Assembly (NCBI GenBank): GCA_001898725.1
Contig: MKUV01000008.1
Location: 42,211 to 106,210, forward strand
Length of the DNA stretch: 64,000 bases
DNA from: Caedibacter sp. 37-49
GTDB lineage: Bacteria > Pseudomonadota > Alphaproteobacteria > Caedimonadales > Caedimonadaceae
Direction of reading: 5' to 3'
Made by a program: the position numbers and the translations under genes. The notes beneath the pieces were generated by a model. That model saw only the letters and a program-made list of their open reading frames with translations, did not search any database and had not been told where the DNA came from. Numbering within the stretch: position 1 is the stretch's first letter; the number at the start of each line of letters is the position of its first letter. Shown here one piece after another: positions 16,618 to 28,876 of the stretch.

Positions 16618-19104
16618 ATGACGGAACAAAAAGATTCAAACGAAAAGAAGACATTAACCTTAGGGGGAAAGCTTTCTTTGAAAAAAACGCCTGAAAGTGG
16701 TCAGATACGTCAAAGCTTTTCACATGGCCGTTCAAAATCAGTTGCTGTTGAAGTACGAAAAAAACGCACTCTTGAAAAGGTTGGAGGATCTGAAGGTGAG
16801 CATTATGAAGGTGCTCTTAGATCCGAAGACTCAGGAGAAAAAGGTGATTCTGAATTTGAAGCTCGCCTTAAAGCTGTTCAAAATGCCTTAAAATCAGCTC
16901 CTGATATGGAAGCACGTATTTCAAAAGAGCGCCAACAACGTGAAGAAATGGATGCGCTTAGGCTGTCAGAAATAGAAGCCCAACAAAAAGAAGAAGAAAA
17001 ACGCCAATTAGAAAATAAAGAAGAGAAACAAAAGGAAGCAGCCGCCTCCCAAGTTGAAAATACGCAAGACCAAAATGCGGCTACCCGCCACAAGAAATCT
17101 TATAATGTCGATGAAGAAGACGAAGAAAATGACAGTCGAGCCCTTAAAAAGAATGTTACGAAAATTGCGGTAAAAAAATCAGAAAATGCTGAACCTAAAA
17201 GGCATGACTTCAAGCAAAGGTTACACGGATTAAGCTTTGAAGAGGCCTTAGAAGCCGATGAGGAACTTGGACGAGGCCGTCATAGTAGTACGCGTAGGCC
17301 AAAATTCAAAAAACCTAAAGAGCCTATTGAGACAAAACTTATCGTACGAGAAGTTAATATTCCTGAAGCTATTTCTGTCCAAGAGCTTGCAAATCGTATG
17401 GCAATCCGTGCAGCTGAAGTCGTTAAAAAATTAATCAGTATGGGAGTTCTTTCAACCGTTAATCAGATGATTGATGCTGATACTGCTGAAATCCTTGTCA
17501 CGGAATTTGGTCATACCTCTAAAAGAACAAAAGTTGAAGATATTGGCGATGTTTTAAAGGCACAAGAAGATGATCCTGCAACAATGGTGTTAAGAGCCCC
17601 TGTTGTAACCGTCATGGGCCATGTTGATCATGGCAAAACTTCCTTATTAGATGCGATCCGTAAGACAGATGTTGCTGCGCATGAAGCAGGTGGCATCACA
17701 CAACATATTGGCGCCTATCAAGTCACCATGCCCTCAGGCCAAAAGATTACTTTTATTGATACGCCCGGTCACGCAGCCTTTACTGAGATGCGAGCACGTG
17801 GCGCTAATGTCACGGATATCGTTGTTCTAGTTGTTGCCGCAGATGACGGAATTATGGCGCAAACAATTGAAGCTATTCATCACGCACGAGCAGCGAATGT
17901 ACCAGTCATCATTGCAATCAATAAAATGGATAAGCCAGATGCAGATATTAATCGTGTTAAAACGGCCCTTCTTCAACATGAAATTGTTCTTGAAGAAATG
18001 GGTGGCGATGTCATTGCTGTTGGTGTATCAGCAAAGACCGGCCTTAATATAGATAAACTCGAAGAAGCAATCCTTTTACAAGCAGAGGTTCTTAACTTAA
18101 AATCCAATCCTCACCGTGATGCTTTAGGTGCTGTTATTGAAGCTAGACTTGAAAAAGGCCGCGGCGCTGTTGCCACAGTTCTTATTCAGCGTGGAACTCT
18201 TAAAGTAGGTGATATTTTTGTTGCAGGTACAGAATGGGGTCGTGTCCGTGCTCTTGTCGATGATCGCGGCAATAATCTTAAACAAGCTTCACCTTCTCAA
18301 CCAATTGAAGTTATTGGATTTAACGGTACACCAAGAGCCGGAGACTTATTTATTGTCGTCGAGAGTGAAGCAAACGCTCGAGAAATTGTAGAAACACGGA
18401 GTCAAAACTTAAAAGCACAGCAAGCTGCAGCTTTAAGAAAGACGACTGTCGACCAATTAATTCAAGATGCTGCGGCTCAAGGAGCTATGAAAGAGCTCGC
18501 CGTTGTGATTAAGTCTGATGTGCAAGGCTCGCTTGAAGCTATTTTAGGAAGCCTTAACAAACTAGCTAATCAAGAAGTTTCTGCGCGAATTCTGTATTCA
18601 GGTGTCGGAGGAATTAACGAAAGTGACGTGACATTAGCGCGTGCATCAAAAGGATTAATTATTGGATTTAACGTTCGTGCGAATCAACAAGCGCGTGAGC
18701 TTGCTCACCGCGAGGGCGTTGAAATCCGTTACTATTCAATTATTTACGATGTACTTGATGATATTAAGGCGATTCTCAGCGGCCTCCTGTCCCCGACGCT
18801 TAAAGAAAACTTTTTGGGGTATGCTGAAATTCGACAAGTCTTTAATATTACAAAGGCCGGGAAGATTGCTGGATGTTATGTAACAGAAGGCGTTGTAAAA
18901 CGTGGCGCTAAAGTTAGATTACTTCGTGATAACGTTGTTATCCATGAAGGCAGCCTTAAGACTTTAAAACGTATTAAAGACGAGGTTAAGGAAGTGAAAG
19001 AAGGCTTTGAATGTGGAATGGCCTTTGAAAATTATCAAGACATTCGTGAGGGCGATATTATTGAATGTTTTGAAATTGAGTCAATCGCCCGACAGCTTGC
19101 CTAA
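16618..19104 (+). CDS. infB: Translation initiation factor IF-2
   Basis: [26 protein letters not shown] and C-terminal [16 protein letters not shown]. Confidence 0.98.
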   Translation: MTEQKDSNEKKTLTLGGKLSLKKTPESGQIRQSFSHGRSKSVAVEVRKKRTLEKVGGSEGEHYEGALRSEDSGEKGDSEFEARLKAVQNALKSAPDMEARISKERQQREEMDALRLSEIEAQQKEEEKRQLENKEEKQKEAAASQVENTQDQNAATRHKKSYNVDEEDEENDSRALKKNVTKIAVKKSENAEPKRHDFKQRLHGLSFEEALEADEELGRGRHSSTRRPKFKKPKEPIETKLIVREVNIPEAISVQELANRMAIRAAEVVKKLISMGVLSTVNQMIDADTAEILVTEFGHTSKRTKVEDIGDVLKAQEDDPATMVLRAPVVTVMGHVDHGKTSLLDAIRKTDVAAHEAGGITQHIGAYQVTMPSGQKITFIDTPGHAAFTEMRARGANVTDIVVLVVAADDGIMAQTIEAIHHARAANVPVIIAINKMDKPDADINRVKTALLQHEIVLEEMGGDVIAVGVSAKTGLNIDKLEEAILLQAEVLNLKSNPHRDALGAVIEARLEKGRGAVATVLIQRGTLKVGDIFVAGTEWGRVRALVDDRGNNLKQASPSQPIEVIGFNGTPRAGDLFIVVESEANAREIVETRSQNLKAQQAAALRKTTVDQLIQDAAAQGAMKELAVVIKSDVQGSLEAILGSLNKLANQEVSARILYSGVGGINESDVTLARASKGLIIGFNVRANQQARELAHREGVEIRYYSIIYDVLDDIKAILSGLLSPTLKENFLGYAEIRQVFNITKAGKIAGCYVTEGVVKRGAKVRLLRDNVVIHEGSLKTLKRIKDEVKEVKEGFECGMAFENYQDIREGDIIECFEIESIARQLA

Positions 19105-19121
19105 ATTTAAAGCCTAATTGC

Positions 19122-19517
19122 ATGACCAGATCACATAAATCTTCTTCTGGACCAACCCAACGTCAGCTTCGCGTTGGGGAAGAGATTCGTCATATTCTTG
19201 CAACCATTTTAAGTCGAGGAGAGTATTCGCACCCTCTTCTTGAAGAAGCAAGCGTGATCGTCACTGAAGTTCGCATTAGTCCAGATTTAAAACATGCAAA
19301 AGTATTTATTACTTCTTTAGGTGGTAAAAATATGGAAGCAGTTGTAAAAATTTTAAATGAAGCAGCTCATCAATTACGCAATTCTTTAGGACGTGCACTT
19401 ACAATCAAGTACACCCCTCACCTTCAATTCAAGGCAGATACGACTTTTGAAGAAGCGGCTAAAATCGCCTCACTGCTTCACTCAGAACATGTCGCTCAAG
19501 ATTTAAGGAAAAAATAG
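19122..19517 (+). CDS. rbfA: Ribosome-binding factor A
   Basis: RQLRVGEEIR, VTEVRISPDLKHAKVF and YTPHLQF motifs. Confidence 0.96.
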   Translation: MTRSHKSSSGPTQRQLRVGEEIRHILATILSRGEYSHPLLEEASVIVTEVRISPDLKHAKVFITSLGGKNMEAVVKILNEAAHQLRNSLGRALTIKYTPHLQFKADTTFEEAAKIASLLHSEHVAQDLRKK

Positions 19518-19524
19518 ATTAATC

Positions 19525-21654
19525 TTATTCCTTCATTTTAAAAGACCAAGGTCGGGTTCCGACTCCATCACGAACCGTGCGAACCTTAATACCCTTCTGT
19601 GTCAACCAAATAAAATGTCCACCTTTCATTTTTAAATCATAACCTGTAAGCACTTTTGCGTTTGCAGAAGCCTGCATAACATAAGGAAAAATAGTTAGGT
19701 CTGACTTTGCGATAGGTTGAACTTTTTGGACAGATCTATAAATCGTCACTCTTTTACCGTCCTTAACCACTTGATACATTAAAGGCGTCACAGTTATTCC
19801 GTCTGGTTGATCTTCTCCATCTTCCACAATTTTTTGAGCTTCTTGAAGTGCAACCATTTTTAGCCATGTCTCTCGTGCAAACCGCCCGGCTTGCAAAGAA
19901 TTAACCCACCCTTTTCCTTTTTCATCAAGAAAACAGATAAGATTTTTATCCGAGGCTATGAAAATATCAGGTTTTCTCTCAAAGTTGCTTAAAATAAAGG
20001 CTAACAATATTCCAACACCACCCCACCCTCGCCATCTTGTCTTCCATAAAGCGATCCATAAAAAGCTGAGAGTTAATATAACAAGGATGTAAGGCGAAAT
20101 TGAAGGTACAAGAAGCATTGAACCTGGCCAAGATGAAATTGTGCTCGCAATTTTAATCATAAAGCCAATCACTTTTTGCAGACCAATTGCTAAATATGCG
20201 CCTGATGAAAATAGGCTTAAGATTAAATAAACAATTAGCGTCGGCATTAAAATGAATGAAAGCAATGGGATACATAAAATGTTTGCAGGAAGAGAATGAA
20301 GTGTAAAACGATTAAAGGTATACACAATATAAGGTGTTGTTGCGATCGTTGCGAGAATCGTTGAAAAGGTAATTCCAAATAAATAAAGCAGCAAAGTCTG
20401 CCACCAATTTCGACAATTTGTCCGCCAATTTTCTAAAGGCTTACGCAAGATTTCATAGCCGCTAACAAGCGCAATAACCGCTGCAAAAGACATTTGAAAA
20501 CTTGGTGAAATAATTGACTCTGGTAAAAGAAGCAGAATAAGCATTCCTGCAAGTGCTACGTTACGCATCGTTAGAGCTGTGCGATCTGTTATTACTGCCA
20601 ACAGGATAATTCCTGTCATTAAGAAAGCCCGCTGTGCCGGAATAGCAAAGTCACATAGGACTAAGTAGAAAAAAGTTAGAGCAATTGCAAAGGCAGCTGC
20701 CCACTTTTTTATGGAATATCGTAAGACAAACGCTGGAATAAAAGATAGCCCTTTTCGCAAAATCAGAAAAGCAAGCCCTGCCACAATTGACAAATGAAGC
20801 CCTGAAATGGCTAAAATATGAGCCAACCCAGAATTTGCAAAATGCTCCCGTAATTCTTCTGAAATTCCAGCTCGATCACCTGTAATCAAAGCGGCAGCAA
20901 TTGCACCAGCACTTCCACTTATTGTTGTTTTGAGATGCCAAGTTAATAAGTGACGAACCTTTGTGATCCAAGTAAAAAGCTCATTCTTAAACCCTTGATC
21001 TTGAGAAAGAGAAGCTTCTAAAATCGTCGGCGCTGTTACGCCATAACCAACGGCAGAAATCTGTTCAAAAAATGCTTTCTTGCGAAAATCATACGCTCCA
21101 GGCGCAATTGGCGCGTTTGGTGGAAGAAGAACACCTTTAAACTGAACTTTTTGACCAGGGACTAAGTTATCTTGTCCATAAGATAGCTTCCCTTTAAAAG
21201 TTATACGTATACACTCTAGAGGATGCTTTAATCTGATCGAAGATAAAGTTACTTTTCTGAGGGTAAGTCTCAAGCCTTTAGGCATTTGTTCTATTTTTTT
21301 TATTTCACCCTGTATGGTTTGAACATGAGATGGGTAATTAAAAAGGTAAGTTTTTAAAGAATATGTCCGAAATTGAGCTGCTGTAAAACCTAAAGATATT
21401 GTAAGGCTTACTACAACAAGAAACCAACCGCCAAAATGTTCTACCTTTAATATCCTTAAGAAAAGCAAAAATAAGCATGAAAAAGCCATTCCCATAATCC
21501 CAACCCACCATATAGGCTCATAAAGCAAGCCAAAATATAGAAGGATTCCCGTACCTATCCCTACGGGTCCCCACAAGATCCACTGAGAGCGTTCTTCTAG
21601 GAGTTTCTGTTTCATAATCTTAAAAAATTTCATATCGAGAAAAGATGCAGCCAT
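19525..21654 (-). CDS. comEC: ComEC/Rec2 family DNA-uptake membrane protein
   Basis: PGAYDF, GLAHILAISGLH, PAQRAFLM, SFQMSFAAV motifs; multi-TM; divergent from gltX. Confidence 0.92.
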   Translation of the reverse strand: MAASFLDMKFFKIMKQKLLEERSQWILWGPVGIGTGILLYFGLLYEPIWWVGIMGMAFSCLFLLFLRILKVEHFGGWFLVVVSLTISLGFTAAQFRTYSLKTYLFNYPSHVQTIQGEIKKIEQMPKGLRLTLRKVTLSSIRLKHPLECIRITFKGKLSYGQDNLVPGQKVQFKGVLLPPNAPIAPGAYDFRKKAFFEQISAVGYGVTAPTILEASLSQDQGFKNELFTWITKVRHLLTWHLKTTISGSAGAIAAALITGDRAGISEELREHFANSGLAHILAISGLHLSIVAGLAFLILRKGLSFIPAFVLRYSIKKWAAAFAIALTFFYLVLCDFAIPAQRAFLMTGIILLAVITDRTALTMRNVALAGMLILLLLPESIISPSFQMSFAAVIALVSGYEILRKPLENWRTNCRNWWQTLLLYLFGITFSTILATIATTPYIVYTFNRFTLHSLPANILCIPLLSFILMPTLIVYLILSLFSSGAYLAIGLQKVIGFMIKIASTISSWPGSMLLVPSISPYILVILTLSFLWIALWKTRWRGWGGVGILLAFILSNFERKPDIFIASDKNLICFLDEKGKGWVNSLQAGRFARETWLKMVALQEAQKIVEDGEDQPDGITVTPLMYQVVKDGKRVTIYRSVQKVQPIAKSDLTIFPYVMQASANAKVLTGYDLKMKGGHFIWLTQKGIKVRTVRDGVGTRPWSFKMKE

Positions 21655-21718
21655 TTCAAAAAATATGTTATAGTTAAAAAAAATTTATATAAGAATTTAG
21701 AGATATTAAAGGAACTTT

Positions 21719-23119
21719 ATGACTGTTGTCACTCGTTTTGCTCCCTCACCAACTGGTTATTTACATATTGGCGGCGCAAGAACAGCTCTTTTTAATTGGC
21801 TTTATGCAAAACATTTAAATGGAAAATTTTTGCTGCGAATTGAAGATACAGATCGTGAAAGATCCACCAATGAAGCCATTAGAGCAATTATTGATAGTAT
21901 GAAATGGCTTGGGTTACATTGGGATGATGATATTATATTTCAATTTTCACGCGCCCAACGTCATACAGAAATTGCCCACCAACTCGTTGCTGAAGGAAAA
22001 GCCTATTACTGTTTTTGCACGCCTGAAGAACTCGAAGAAATGCGCGAGAAAGCTCGACAAGAAAAACGACAACCAAGATATGATGGCCGTTGGAGAGACC
22101 GTGATATTCGTGAAGCACCTCCGGGTGTTAAACCTGTTATCCGTCTAAAAGTGCCATATGAAGGCGAAACCGGCATTTTAGATGTTGTACAAGGTCAAGT
22201 CCGTGTTCAAAATGATCAACTGGACGATATGGTTTTATTGCGTGCAGATGGGACACCAACTTACATGTTAGCTGTTGTTGTTGATGACCATGACATGAGG
22301 ATCACACATGTCATTCGCGGCGATGATCACCTCACAAATACTTTCCGACAAATTCAAATTTATAAAGCCATGGGGTGGAATACGCCAAGTTTTGCTCATA
22401 TTCCAATGATTCATGGCGATGATGGGGCAAAACTCTCTAAACGTCATGGAGCATTAGGCGTAGAAGCCTATAGAGACATGGGATTTCTTCCGGAAGCCAT
22501 GTGCAATTATTTACTTCGTTTAGGTTGGGGCTATGGAAACGAAGAAATTATTTCACAAGAGCAAGCCATTCGATGGTTTGACATACAAAATGTTGGGAGA
22601 TCTCCTGCTCGATTTGACCTTGCCAAATTAAAAAATTTAAATGCTCATTATCTCAACCAAAGTAACAACCAGACTTTAACGACTTTAATTACACCACTTC
22701 TTGAAGAAAAGCTTGGCAAGCAACTTACTACCGCTGAAAAATCACTCTTAGAGGCTGCCATGCCTGGACTCAAGCAGCGAGCTCAAACAACCACAGAACT
22801 CGCAGATAACGCTCTTTTCTATGTCCATCCGCGCCCTCTTCCTTTAGATGAGAAAGCTCGTCAATTATTAGAAAAAAATACTCTAGACCTCTTGAGAAAT
22901 TTTATCCCCAAACTAGCTCAAACTAAAGATTGGTCTCATGATTCTTTGCAAGAAATGTGCCGTCTATTTTCTGAAAATCACAGCTTGAAACTGGCTCAAA
23001 TCGCACAACCTTTACGTGCCGCGATAACTGGACGTTCCATTTCTCCAAGTATCTTTGAAGTTATGGAGGTCTTAGGCCAGGAAGAATGCTTAAAGCGTTT
23101 AAAGGATGTCTTAAATTAG
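21719..23119 (+). CDS. gltX: Glutamate--tRNA ligase
   Basis: [14 protein letters not shown] (HIGH motif), [15 protein letters not shown] and KLSKR motifs. Confidence 0.97.
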   Translation: MTVVTRFAPSPTGYLHIGGARTALFNWLYAKHLNGKFLLRIEDTDRERSTNEAIRAIIDSMKWLGLHWDDDIIFQFSRAQRHTEIAHQLVAEGKAYYCFCTPEELEEMREKARQEKRQPRYDGRWRDRDIREAPPGVKPVIRLKVPYEGETGILDVVQGQVRVQNDQLDDMVLLRADGTPTYMLAVVVDDHDMRITHVIRGDDHLTNTFRQIQIYKAMGWNTPSFAHIPMIHGDDGAKLSKRHGALGVEAYRDMGFLPEAMCNYLLRLGWGYGNEEIISQEQAIRWFDIQNVGRSPARFDLAKLKNLNAHYLNQSNNQTLTTLITPLLEEKLGKQLTTAEKSLLEAAMPGLKQRAQTTTELADNALFYVHPRPLPLDEKARQLLEKNTLDLLRNFIPKLAQTKDWSHDSLQEMCRLFSENHSLKLAQIAQPLRAAITGRSISPSIFEVMEVLGQEECLKRLKDVLN

Positions 23120-23158
23120 TTTTTGTATCTAAAAAAGAGGAAAGGCAAAAAGGTTAAA

Positions 23159-24493
23159 ATGTCATCGCAAAAAAAATCTGATTCCATTGCTTCTTTAGAT
23201 CAAATGGCAAAATTTACGTTTACAAAAAATGGCATAGAACAAACGTTTGAATTTCCTCTTCTATCACAGACTCTAGGCCCAGAAGTTATTGACATCCGCG
23301 AACTTTATACAAAAACAGGTTATCTTACTTACGATCCTGGTTTTACATCTACAGCTAGTTGTGAATCTTCCATTACTTTTGTTGATGGTGAGCAAGGTCT
23401 GCTTTTGCATCGAGGGTATTCAATCCAAGATTTAGCAAATCATTGTGATTTCTTAGAAGTCGCCTATTTGCTTCTTTACGGTGAAATTCCTAATCAAAGT
23501 CAGCATGAAAAATTTGAAGAAAACATAATTGTTCATACGATGCTTCATGAACAGCTTATTAATTTTTATCAAGGGTTTAGAAGAGATGCTCATCCTATGG
23601 CCATTATGGTGGGCGTGGTAGGTGCACTGTCTGCTTTTTATCATGATAGTCTCGATCTTAAGGACCCTGAGCAGCGTGAACTTGCATCTTACCGATTGAT
23701 CGCTAAGATGCCCTCAATTGCTGCAATGGCTTATAAATATTCTGTAGGGCAACCTTTTATGTATCCTAGGAATGAGCTTAAATATGCGGAAAACTTTTTG
23801 CATATGATGTTCGCTCTCCCATCATATGATTATCAAGTTAATAAAACAGTTGCTCGGGCACTCAATAAAATTTTTATTCTTCACGCAGATCATGAACAAA
23901 ATGCTTCAACCTCAACTGTACGCCTTGCAGGATCCTCTGCTGCGAACCCCTTTGCTTGTATTGCTTCTGGAATTGCCTCTCTTTGGGGTCCTGCTCACGG
24001 AGGCGCTAATGAAGCTGTTCTAAATATGCTTAAAGAAATTGGTAAAAAAGAACGTATTCCAGAGTTTCTAAACCGAGCTAAAGATAAAACAGATCCTTTC
24101 CGCTTGATGGGATTTGGACATCGCATCTATAAAAATTTTGATCCTCGTGCTGTTGTTCTTAAAGAAAGCTGCCATGAAGTCTTAGAAGCTGTAGGCGTTA
24201 AAAATAATCCCCTTTTTGAGCTTGCGCTTGAACTCGAAAGAATTGCTTTACAAGATGATTACTTTATAGAAAAAAAACTTTTTCCTAATGTCGATTTTTA
24301 TTCAGGTATTATTTTACAAGCTATTGGAATTCCTTTATCAATGTTTACTGTGCTTTTTGCTGTTGCACGTACAGTAGGCTGGGTTTCTCAATGGCGAGAA
24401 ATGATTGCAGATCCTGTGCAAAAGATAGGCCGACCAAGACAAAGATATATAGGGCCTAGTCAAAGGCAATTTAATCCAGTAAAAGAAAGATAA
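23159..24493 (+). CDS. gltA: Citrate synthase (type II)
   Basis: [45 protein letters not shown] motifs. Start taken at ATG 23159; the ORF track begins at TTG 23123. Confidence 0.97.
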   Translation: MSSQKKSDSIASLDQMAKFTFTKNGIEQTFEFPLLSQTLGPEVIDIRELYTKTGYLTYDPGFTSTASCESSITFVDGEQGLLLHRGYSIQDLANHCDFLEVAYLLLYGEIPNQSQHEKFEENIIVHTMLHEQLINFYQGFRRDAHPMAIMVGVVGALSAFYHDSLDLKDPEQRELASYRLIAKMPSIAAMAYKYSVGQPFMYPRNELKYAENFLHMMFALPSYDYQVNKTVARALNKIFILHADHEQNASTSTVRLAGSSAANPFACIASGIASLWGPAHGGANEAVLNMLKEIGKKERIPEFLNRAKDKTDPFRLMGFGHRIYKNFDPRAVVLKESCHEVLEAVGVKNNPLFELALELERIALQDDYFIEKKLFPNVDFYSGIILQAIGIPLSMFTVLFAVARTVGWVSQWREMIADPVQKIGRPRQRYIGPSQRQFNPVKER

Positions 24494-24497
24494 GAAT

Positions 24498-24695
24498 GTG
24501 GGATATTGGAATAATAAGTTTACAGGTCAAGAAGTTATGGAACAACATAATTCAAAGGCATTTATTCTCAGAGACAATGTTTCATTGGAATCGCTTCCAA
24601 CAAATGACAACAAATCTCCAAAAAATGAGCGTATTAAACGAATCATTATAGGAATGATAATCTTAGCAACCCTTGTGTTTCTTGCATTATTATAA
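24498..24695 (+). CDS. Small hypothetical protein with a C-terminal transmembrane helix
   Basis: Begins 4 nt after gltA; ends RIIIGMIILATLVFLALL-stop. Confidence 0.4.
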   Translation: MGYWNNKFTGQEVMEQHNSKAFILRDNVSLESLPTNDNKSPKNERIKRIIIGMIILATLVFLALL

Positions 24696-24700
24696 TTCTT

Positions 24701-25492
24701 TTACACACATACTAATAAAATAATTCCTAAAATAAGCCGATAAATCACAAACGGCGTAAAGGATGATTTTTGCAACCAAATCATCATAAACCTTATGGCT
24801 ATAATGCCTGAAATTGCGGAAATACCTACACCTATCATCATTTCTTGAGTCAAGAAACTTTGACCAGCTGCTTGCATCTTATACCCTGTCAAACTAGCCG
24901 CTCCTAAAATTGCGGGGACAGACAATAGAAAGGCAAATCGAGCTGAATCAAGCCTTGAAAACCCTAATAAACGTGCCATTGTCATACAAGCTCCAGAGCG
25001 ACTTGTCCCAGGAATTAAAGCAAGTGCTTGGGCACACCCAACGAGGAATGCCTTTTTCCATGTCATATCTTGTAATGTCTGTGTTGAGGGCACAAATCGA
25101 TCAATAAGAAAAAGTAAAATACCATAAATTATACTCATCCATCCCACAACAACAATTGTTCGTAAACTATCCATCCCCCCCGAACTTAATAGAAAACCTG
25201 CTACAATCGCAGGTATCGTCGCTAAAATAATATAAAGCGCAAGGTTGCCTTCTAAAGTCTGTTTGCCTATTAATATTTTGAAAAACCCTTGAAAAAGCTG
25301 AAAAATGTCACGCCAAAAATACATAACAACTGCTAGAAGCGTACCAACATGCATAGCAACATCAAGCTCAAGTCCTTGAGGTAACCACTGGAAAAGATGT
25401 GGAATTAAAATAAGATGACCTGTTGAGCTTATTGGCAGAAATTCTGTTGCACCTTGAATAATAGCTAAAATAACAATTTGATATAGAGACAT
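24701..25492 (-). CDS. uppP: Undecaprenyl-diphosphatase
   Basis: IIQGATEFLPISSTGH and ALIPGTSRSG motifs. Start taken at ATG 25492 because the longer ORF overlaps the divergent GST gene. Confidence 0.95.
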   Translation of the reverse strand: MSLYQIVILAIIQGATEFLPISSTGHLILIPHLFQWLPQGLELDVAMHVGTLLAVVMYFWRDIFQLFQGFFKILIGKQTLEGNLALYIILATIPAIVAGFLLSSGGMDSLRTIVVVGWMSIIYGILLFLIDRFVPSTQTLQDMTWKKAFLVGCAQALALIPGTSRSGACMTMARLLGFSRLDSARFAFLLSVPAILGAASLTGYKMQAAGQSFLTQEMMIGVGISAISGIIAIRFMMIWLQKSSFTPFVIYRLILGIILLVCV

Positions 25493-25560
25493 CTGATTCT
25501 CTGTGTTAGATTGCGAAACATGGTTACCGTTAGTAAAAAATAACTTTGAAGTCAACTTTA

Positions 25561-26229
25561 ATGCGTACACTCTTTCATGTTCCTTTATGCCCTTTTTCTC
25601 GGAAAGTTCGTTTGACACTTGCTGAAAAGAAACTTGATATAAATCTTGAACCTGAACTTGTGTGGAAAAAACGTGAAGAATTTTTAGAGGTTAATCCTGC
25701 CGGTAAAGTTCCTGTTTTAATTGATCTTAATCAAAAAATTTTATGTGATAGCAATTCGATTTGCGAATACCTTGATGAAGCGTATTCAGATCCTCCTCTT
25801 ATAGGAAAAGACATTTTTCAAAGAGCTGAAACGCGTCGACTCGTGGCTTGGTTCGACGATAAATTTAACCAGGAAGTTACGCGTAATATTGTTTATGAGA
25901 AAACTTTAAAACGATTTTTCGAGCAAAGTGGTCCAGATTCTAATGCTTTACGGGCTGGAAAGGCTGCGATTGAGTTTCATCTTGATTATATCTCTTGGCT
26001 TATCGACCGCCGTAATTGGATCGCAGGAGATGACTTATCGCTCGCAGATCTTTCAGCAGCAGCTCATCTTTCCTGTGTTGATTTTCTTGGGCATGTGCCA
26101 TGGGATAAGTTTCCTGAAGCGAAAGAATGGTATAGCCGTCTCAAGTGCCGCCCCAGTTTTAGGTCACTCTTGACCGATAAGATGCCTGGGATTAGCGTTG
26201 CCCCGCATTATGCAGACTTTGATTTTTAA
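25561..26229 (+). CDS. fzlA: Glutathione S-transferase family protein, FzlA-like FtsZ-binding protein
   Basis: N-terminal LCPFSRKVRL, NPAGKVPVL and a C-terminal HYADFDF tail like the YxxxDF end of alphaproteobacterial FzlA; next to uppP. Confidence 0.7.
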   Translation: MRTLFHVPLCPFSRKVRLTLAEKKLDINLEPELVWKKREEFLEVNPAGKVPVLIDLNQKILCDSNSICEYLDEAYSDPPLIGKDIFQRAETRRLVAWFDDKFNQEVTRNIVYEKTLKRFFEQSGPDSNALRAGKAAIEFHLDYISWLIDRRNWIAGDDLSLADLSAAAHLSCVDFLGHVPWDKFPEAKEWYSRLKCRPSFRSLLTDKMPGISVAPHYADFDF

Positions 26230-26234
26230 TCAGA

Positions 26235-28829
26235 TTATTTTTCTATCTTTTGCTTTTCCGGCTGAGACGTGATTATAAGTCTTCCTTCTTTTTCAGTAAC
26301 TTCAACAAAATCTGTAATTTTTCCTTCCAAAATCATGGAAGCCATTTCGTTTTGTAAGTATTTCTGGATGACGCGCTTTAAAGGACGAGCTCCATAGACA
26401 GGGTCATAGCCTTTTTGGGCAAGCCATAGCTTGGCTTTATCATCTATATGAAATTCTATTCGATGTTCCTCAAGAAGTTTCGCTAAATGTTTCAATTGAA
26501 TCTCAACAACACCTTTCATATCTTCAGACGCTAAACGATTGAAAAGCAAAATTTCATCAATTCGATTTAAGAATTCAGGTCTGAAAGCATGCCGAACAAC
26601 TTCCATTACGCCATCTCGAACTTTTTCAGCAGATTCACCTGGCTCAAGGTTTGCAAGAAGTTCACTGCCTAAATTTGATGTCATAATAATAACAGTATTG
26701 GTGAAATCAACTGTACGTCCTTGTCCATCTGTTAGTCGACCATCGTCCAAAACTTGCAATAGAACATTGAAAACATCTGGATGTGCTTTTTCAACCTCGT
26801 CAAATAAGACAATTTGATAAGGGCGTCGACGGACCGCTTCTGTAAGACTCCCTCCTTCTTCATAACCAACATACCCAGGAGGCGCCCCAATCAAACGTGC
26901 AACAGAATGCTTTTCCATGAACTCTGACATATCCATTCGCACCATGGCTGATTCATCATCAAATAAAAATTGCGCCAAGGCCTTCGTAAGCTCAGTTTTT
27001 CCGACACCAGTTGGTCCTAAAAATAAGAATGATCCTATCGGACGATTCTTATCTTGAAGCCCTGCGCGAGCACGCCTTACAGCATTACTAATAGCCATAA
27101 TAGGTTCGTCTTGACCAATCACTCGCTGATGTAAAAATTTTTCCATCTGAAGAAGCTTTTCGCGTTCACCTTCTAACATCTTATCAACAGGAATGCCGGT
27201 CCAACGAGAAACAACGGCGGCGATATCATTTTCTGTGACTTCTTCTCGTAAAAGAGAAGAATCATTATTATTTGGAGCTTCTTCTAACTGCTTTTCAAGA
27301 TTGGGTATTATTCCGTAAGCAAGCTCCCCTGCCCGCGCTAAATCGCCCTCTCTTTGTGCAATTTCAAGTTCAGAACGGGCTTGATCTAAACGTTCCTTAA
27401 GTTTTTGAGCTTGATTAAGTTTATCTTTTTCGCTTTGCCAAATGCTTGTTAACTTATTTGACTCTGATTCCAGTTGACTTAATTCTGTTTCAAGGCTAAC
27501 AAGTCTCCTCTTAGAATCTTCATCCGATTCTTTCTTAAGAGCTTCTCTCTCAATTTTTAGTTGGATAATACGCCTATCGAGTTCATCGAGTTCTTCAGGC
27601 TTAGAATCAACTTCCATGCGAAGACGGCTTGCTGCTTCATCAACGAGGTCAATCGCTTTATCTGGTAAAAATCGATCACTTATGTAACGATTGGAAAGCG
27701 TGGCTGCGGCAACAATCGCACTATCCGTAATACGTATGCCGTGATGTAATTCATACTTTTCTTTCAATCCTCTGAGAATTGAAATGGTATCTTGAACTGT
27801 TGGTTCTGCAACAAAAACAGGTTGAAAGCGTCGAGCAAGTGCTGCATCCTTTTCAATATACTTACGATATTCATCAAGTGTTGTAGCTCCGACACAATGT
27901 AATTCACCTCGCGCAAGCGCTGGCTTTAGCATATTTGAAGCATCCATCGCCCCTTCTGCTTTTCCTGCCCCCACAAGTGTATGTAATTCATCAATAAAGA
28001 GGATAATTTCACCAGCTGCATTAGAAATTTCTTGAAGGACGGCTTTAAGTCTCTCTTCAAACTCACCACGAAATTTTGCTCCTGCAATTAAAGCTCCTAG
28101 ATCCAAGGCCATAAGTTGCTTATCTTTTAAACTTTCAGGAACATCACCTTTGATGATTCGATGAGCTAATCCTTCAATAATGGCTGTTTTACCAACACCT
28201 GGCTCACCTATAAGAACAGGATTATTTTTTGTACGACGCGAAAGAACTTGAATTGTACGACGAATTTCTTCGTCTCTTCCAATAACAGGATCTAATTTCC
28301 CTTCCCGCGCAAGCTGCGTCATATCACGTGCATACTTTTTTAAAGCTTCATAAGATTCCTCAGCAGAAGCACTATCAGCTTTGCGTCCTTGTCGTAGAGT
28401 TGAAATGGCATTTTCTAATTTAGAGGTAGTCACACCAGATTTTTTTAAAGCTTCAATTGTCTCTTCATTCCCGGCAACGAATAAAGCTTCAAAAAGACGC
28501 TCAACTGTCACAAATTCATCACCTAGTTTTTGAGCTTGTTTTTCTGCATAATCAAAAACTTTTGCTGTTTCTGGTGCCAAATAAATTTGACCAGCGCCAT
28601 GCCCTTCAACCTTTGGTTGTTTTTTAAGCAAGGCTTCAACAGTTGATTGCAATGGTCTTAAAGGAATTCCCATTATTTCAAGCAAACGCGGTATAGGTCC
28701 CTTTAAATCTGCGAGTAAAGTTATTAATATGTGTTCAGGTAAAAATCTTTGATGTCCTTCACGTAAAGCAAGCATTTGGGCATTTTGAAGTATCTCTCTT
28801 GCTTTTTCCGTGTATTTAGATAAATCCAT
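26235..28829 (-). CDS. clpB: ATP-dependent chaperone ClpB
   Basis: Two AAA+ modules ([16 protein letters not shown]) and a long middle coiled coil; 864 aa. Confidence 0.98.
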   Translation of the reverse strand: MDLSKYTEKAREILQNAQMLALREGHQRFLPEHILITLLADLKGPIPRLLEIMGIPLRPLQSTVEALLKKQPKVEGHGAGQIYLAPETAKVFDYAEKQAQKLGDEFVTVERLFEALFVAGNEETIEALKKSGVTTSKLENAISTLRQGRKADSASAEESYEALKKYARDMTQLAREGKLDPVIGRDEEIRRTIQVLSRRTKNNPVLIGEPGVGKTAIIEGLAHRIIKGDVPESLKDKQLMALDLGALIAGAKFRGEFEERLKAVLQEISNAAGEIILFIDELHTLVGAGKAEGAMDASNMLKPALARGELHCVGATTLDEYRKYIEKDAALARRFQPVFVAEPTVQDTISILRGLKEKYELHHGIRITDSAIVAAATLSNRYISDRFLPDKAIDLVDEAASRLRMEVDSKPEELDELDRRIIQLKIEREALKKESDEDSKRRLVSLETELSQLESESNKLTSIWQSEKDKLNQAQKLKERLDQARSELEIAQREGDLARAGELAYGIIPNLEKQLEEAPNNNDSSLLREEVTENDIAAVVSRWTGIPVDKMLEGEREKLLQMEKFLHQRVIGQDEPIMAISNAVRRARAGLQDKNRPIGSFLFLGPTGVGKTELTKALAQFLFDDESAMVRMDMSEFMEKHSVARLIGAPPGYVGYEEGGSLTEAVRRRPYQIVLFDEVEKAHPDVFNVLLQVLDDGRLTDGQGRTVDFTNTVIIMTSNLGSELLANLEPGESAEKVRDGVMEVVRHAFRPEFLNRIDEILLFNRLASEDMKGVVEIQLKHLAKLLEEHRIEFHIDDKAKLWLAQKGYDPVYGARPLKRVIQKYLQNEMASMILEGKITDFVEVTEKEGRLIITSQPEKQKIEK

Positions 28830-28876
28830 TGCACTTGCTCCTTATAAAAGCTTCTTTATAAAGTATAATTAACTTT

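Noticed and set aside
25493-25618. N-terminal extension of uppP overlapping the GST gene
   Set aside because: UppP homology starts at ATG 25492; the extension is an ORF-calling artefact, so there is no real head-to-head overlap.
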